A stretch of 64,000 nucleotides of DNA, from positions 117,306,001 through 117,370,000 of the forward strand of contig CM059431.1 of NCBI GenBank assembly GCA_030390025.1. The letters are read 5' to 3'. The notes below the pieces were generated by a model, which worked only from the letters and a program-made list of their open reading frames with translations, was not told the DNA's origin and did no database searches. Both the position numbers and the translations under genes were made by a program. Position 1 is the first letter of the stretch. Each line of letters starts with the position of its first letter. The DNA is from Squalus acanthias. Taxonomy: Eukaryota. Shown in pieces: positions 61,763 to 64,000 of the stretch.

Positions 61763-64000
61763 GGTCTAGAAATTAGACCATGCAGCACCCGTTTTTCAGC
61801 TGCTAACTGGCCTACTAAGGTCACAATAAGGTGGGCAGGGAGTGTGCACACATTTCTGGCCGGAAGTGTGCCATCCGCCATATTGGTGAAGGTGGTCACA
61901 CTGGCATCAGAAGCGCATGAAGGAACATTTTCACGTTCGTCAGTGCTTCACTCGTCATGTGCGGAACGCGCACAATACAATGTGGCGCTAACCAACAGGA
62001 AGGCCCCCTCACCAGCATTATTTAAAGGGATCATGCAATACTTACAGGTTAGTTGCTGGTTTCTTATTTCAGGCTGCTGGTTAAATTTTAGTAACTTTTT
62101 TGGTCTGTTTTATCACTCTGGAAAGTTCACTTTGTGCAAACAGTGAAAGACTTTGCTGGTGTTGCACTGTTGTTGCTGTTTGCCACAGAAATAGTTTGGC
62201 TGCAGACATGGGTGGTCTCAGAGGGCTGCCTTTGGGACTGAAGGGTGAGGGGAAGCAGCAGGGAAGACACTGCAGAGCAGGAACAGCTACCAAAAGAGGG
62301 AGAAGGAGGAGGGCACTGCGTAGGAGGTCGTATCTACAGAGGGTCTTCAGGGAGCACTTCTCCTGCATTAACTTTGCACAGGAGCAAAGTCTCAGGTGCC
62401 TTCACCAAGGATGCTGCCACCAAGCTATGTCACCTGCTGCAGTCACAACTCCAGCCTCATGGACATCACTACCTGCGGCTGTCAAGGTTTACCGTTACCC
62501 TCAACTTTTATGCCATGGGTTCCTTTCAGGCGGCAACAAGTGACATCAGCCATATCTCACAGTTGGCCATACTAAATGTATCAGAGAGGTCACTGAGGCT
62601 CTCTACACCAGGAGAAACACCTACAGCTCCTTCCCTATGGACCAAGAGAAGCAGGACATGAGATCACGACGTTTTGCTCACATGGCCGGATTCCCCAAGG
62701 TGCAAAGTGCCATTGACTTCACACACATTGCATTTCATGTTTCCTATCACCAGCCTGGCATCTTTATCAATCATAAGGGATTCCAATCCTTCAACGTACA
62801 GCTGGTTTGTGACCACAGGCAGCGCATCATGCAGGTAGTCACTATCGCTATCCTGGCAGCAATCAGAACTCTTTCATTCTGTGCCAGTCCTCTGTGTCAC
62901 CTTTATTCCAACTAGGCTGCCAAATTACAAGCTGGGTTTTGGGCAACAAGGTCTATCCCGTTTAGACATGGCTCATGATGCATACCACAAATCCATGCAC
63001 AGCTGCAAAGTAGGCCTACAATGAAAGCCCTGCTGTCACGTGAAACATCATCGAGTAAGTAATCGGTGTGGTGAAGCAACCCTTCCGCTGCTCAGATCGT
63101 GCAGGAAGAGCTTTGCAGTACATCCCGGAGTGGATATCCAGATTTGTTGTTATCTGCTGCATGCTCCACAACTTCGACCTCAAGAGCCTTTACCACCACT
63201 TGGGCAGCAAGAAGTGCAGGAGGAGGAGCAGGAGCAGGAAGGGAAATAGGAGGAGGAGGAGCATGAAGATGCAGAAAAGAAGGAACAGGGAGGAGGAAGA
63301 GAAGTTGTGCCCACCAGTGCCTCTACCTGCCTGAGCTCTCAGAGATCAGCTCATCGAGGAGAGCTTAACCTAAATTAGCCCTCCCATCTCCAAAACACCA
63401 ATACACCAACAGTCCCACAATCCTATCACTATCCTTACTAACACTTTACTATCCTTACTACCACCATCCGATTGCCTTCCTTCAATTCATTTAGGATCTT
63501 GCCCTCACTTCACTACAAAGATAAACACCAACACCAAATCCAGGACAAAGAACAAAGCTATCAAACAAATATTGTCACAGTATGTCTGCATTGACAAAAA
63601 AATCATGAATCACCCTTAGTGCCTGTCTTGCGTGCTCGTTTTGCTACCCTAGTGCTCCTATAAAGTATTTTCCCTTTAGCTACAGCTTGGGAAGTGGAAA
63701 ACTGGTGAGCTTCCATTAGGCACACTTCAGATGACCATGGAGGATGACCTCGGGCAGCTCTGGGCCTTGACCCTGGCAGCAGCCTGTGGCATCTCAGCAA
63801 GGGTCAGGGCAATATGGCCGAGCTGGCTGTGTGGTACTAACAAAGGCACTGGTGGAGTAGATGGTGGGGGAGCAGGCACGCTGTCATCCTGAGATACGAC
63901 AGTAATTGCCTCTCCCATGGAGCCAAGGCCACTCATCTTGGATTATACCTCAGCACTCCTATGGCTCTGCTCGAGAACAGAATGCAAGAGTAGCTGACGC
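61763..64000. mobile_element. Second Harbinger element (runs off window): disrupted transposase + (62208-~63370), Myb C-terminus - (63600-64000)
   Basis: Left TIR ggtctagaaatt; LCHLLQ, LNFYAMGSFQAA, GFPKVQSAIDFTH, FNVQLVCDH, CCMLHN; minus VVSQDDSVPA. Confidence 0.85.

Overview
Repeat-dense, apparently non-coding eukaryotic DNA. The repeat mix (abundant CR1, L2, Penelope, SacSINE1-like Deu-SINEs, PIF/Harbinger) suggests a cartilaginous fish; this is inference. I can support no intact host protein-coding gene. Contents: many CR1 LINEs, including a full-length copy nested in reverse inside another; an L2; two Penelope fragments carrying minimal hammerhead-ribozyme motifs; a single-ORF CR1-group LINE whose 5' region and 3' tail are both shared with a tRNA-headed SINE; a solo LTR; and many DNA transposons. 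Highlights: (1) a 4.1-kb PIF/Harbinger element with TIRs and TSD, only one frameshift and one nonsense codon away from intact transposase and 3-exon Myb/SANT genes; (2) six copies of a ~640-760 bp Harbinger-type MITE built from hairpins, housekeeping-promoter motifs and same-strand splice-donor consensus sites; (3) a non-autonomous hAT element that has captured exon 1 of the histone chaperone ASF1 plus the start of its intron; (4) the LINE/SINE pair with a shared 5' domain. All calls are by eye from the sequence and ORF track; no database searches were run.
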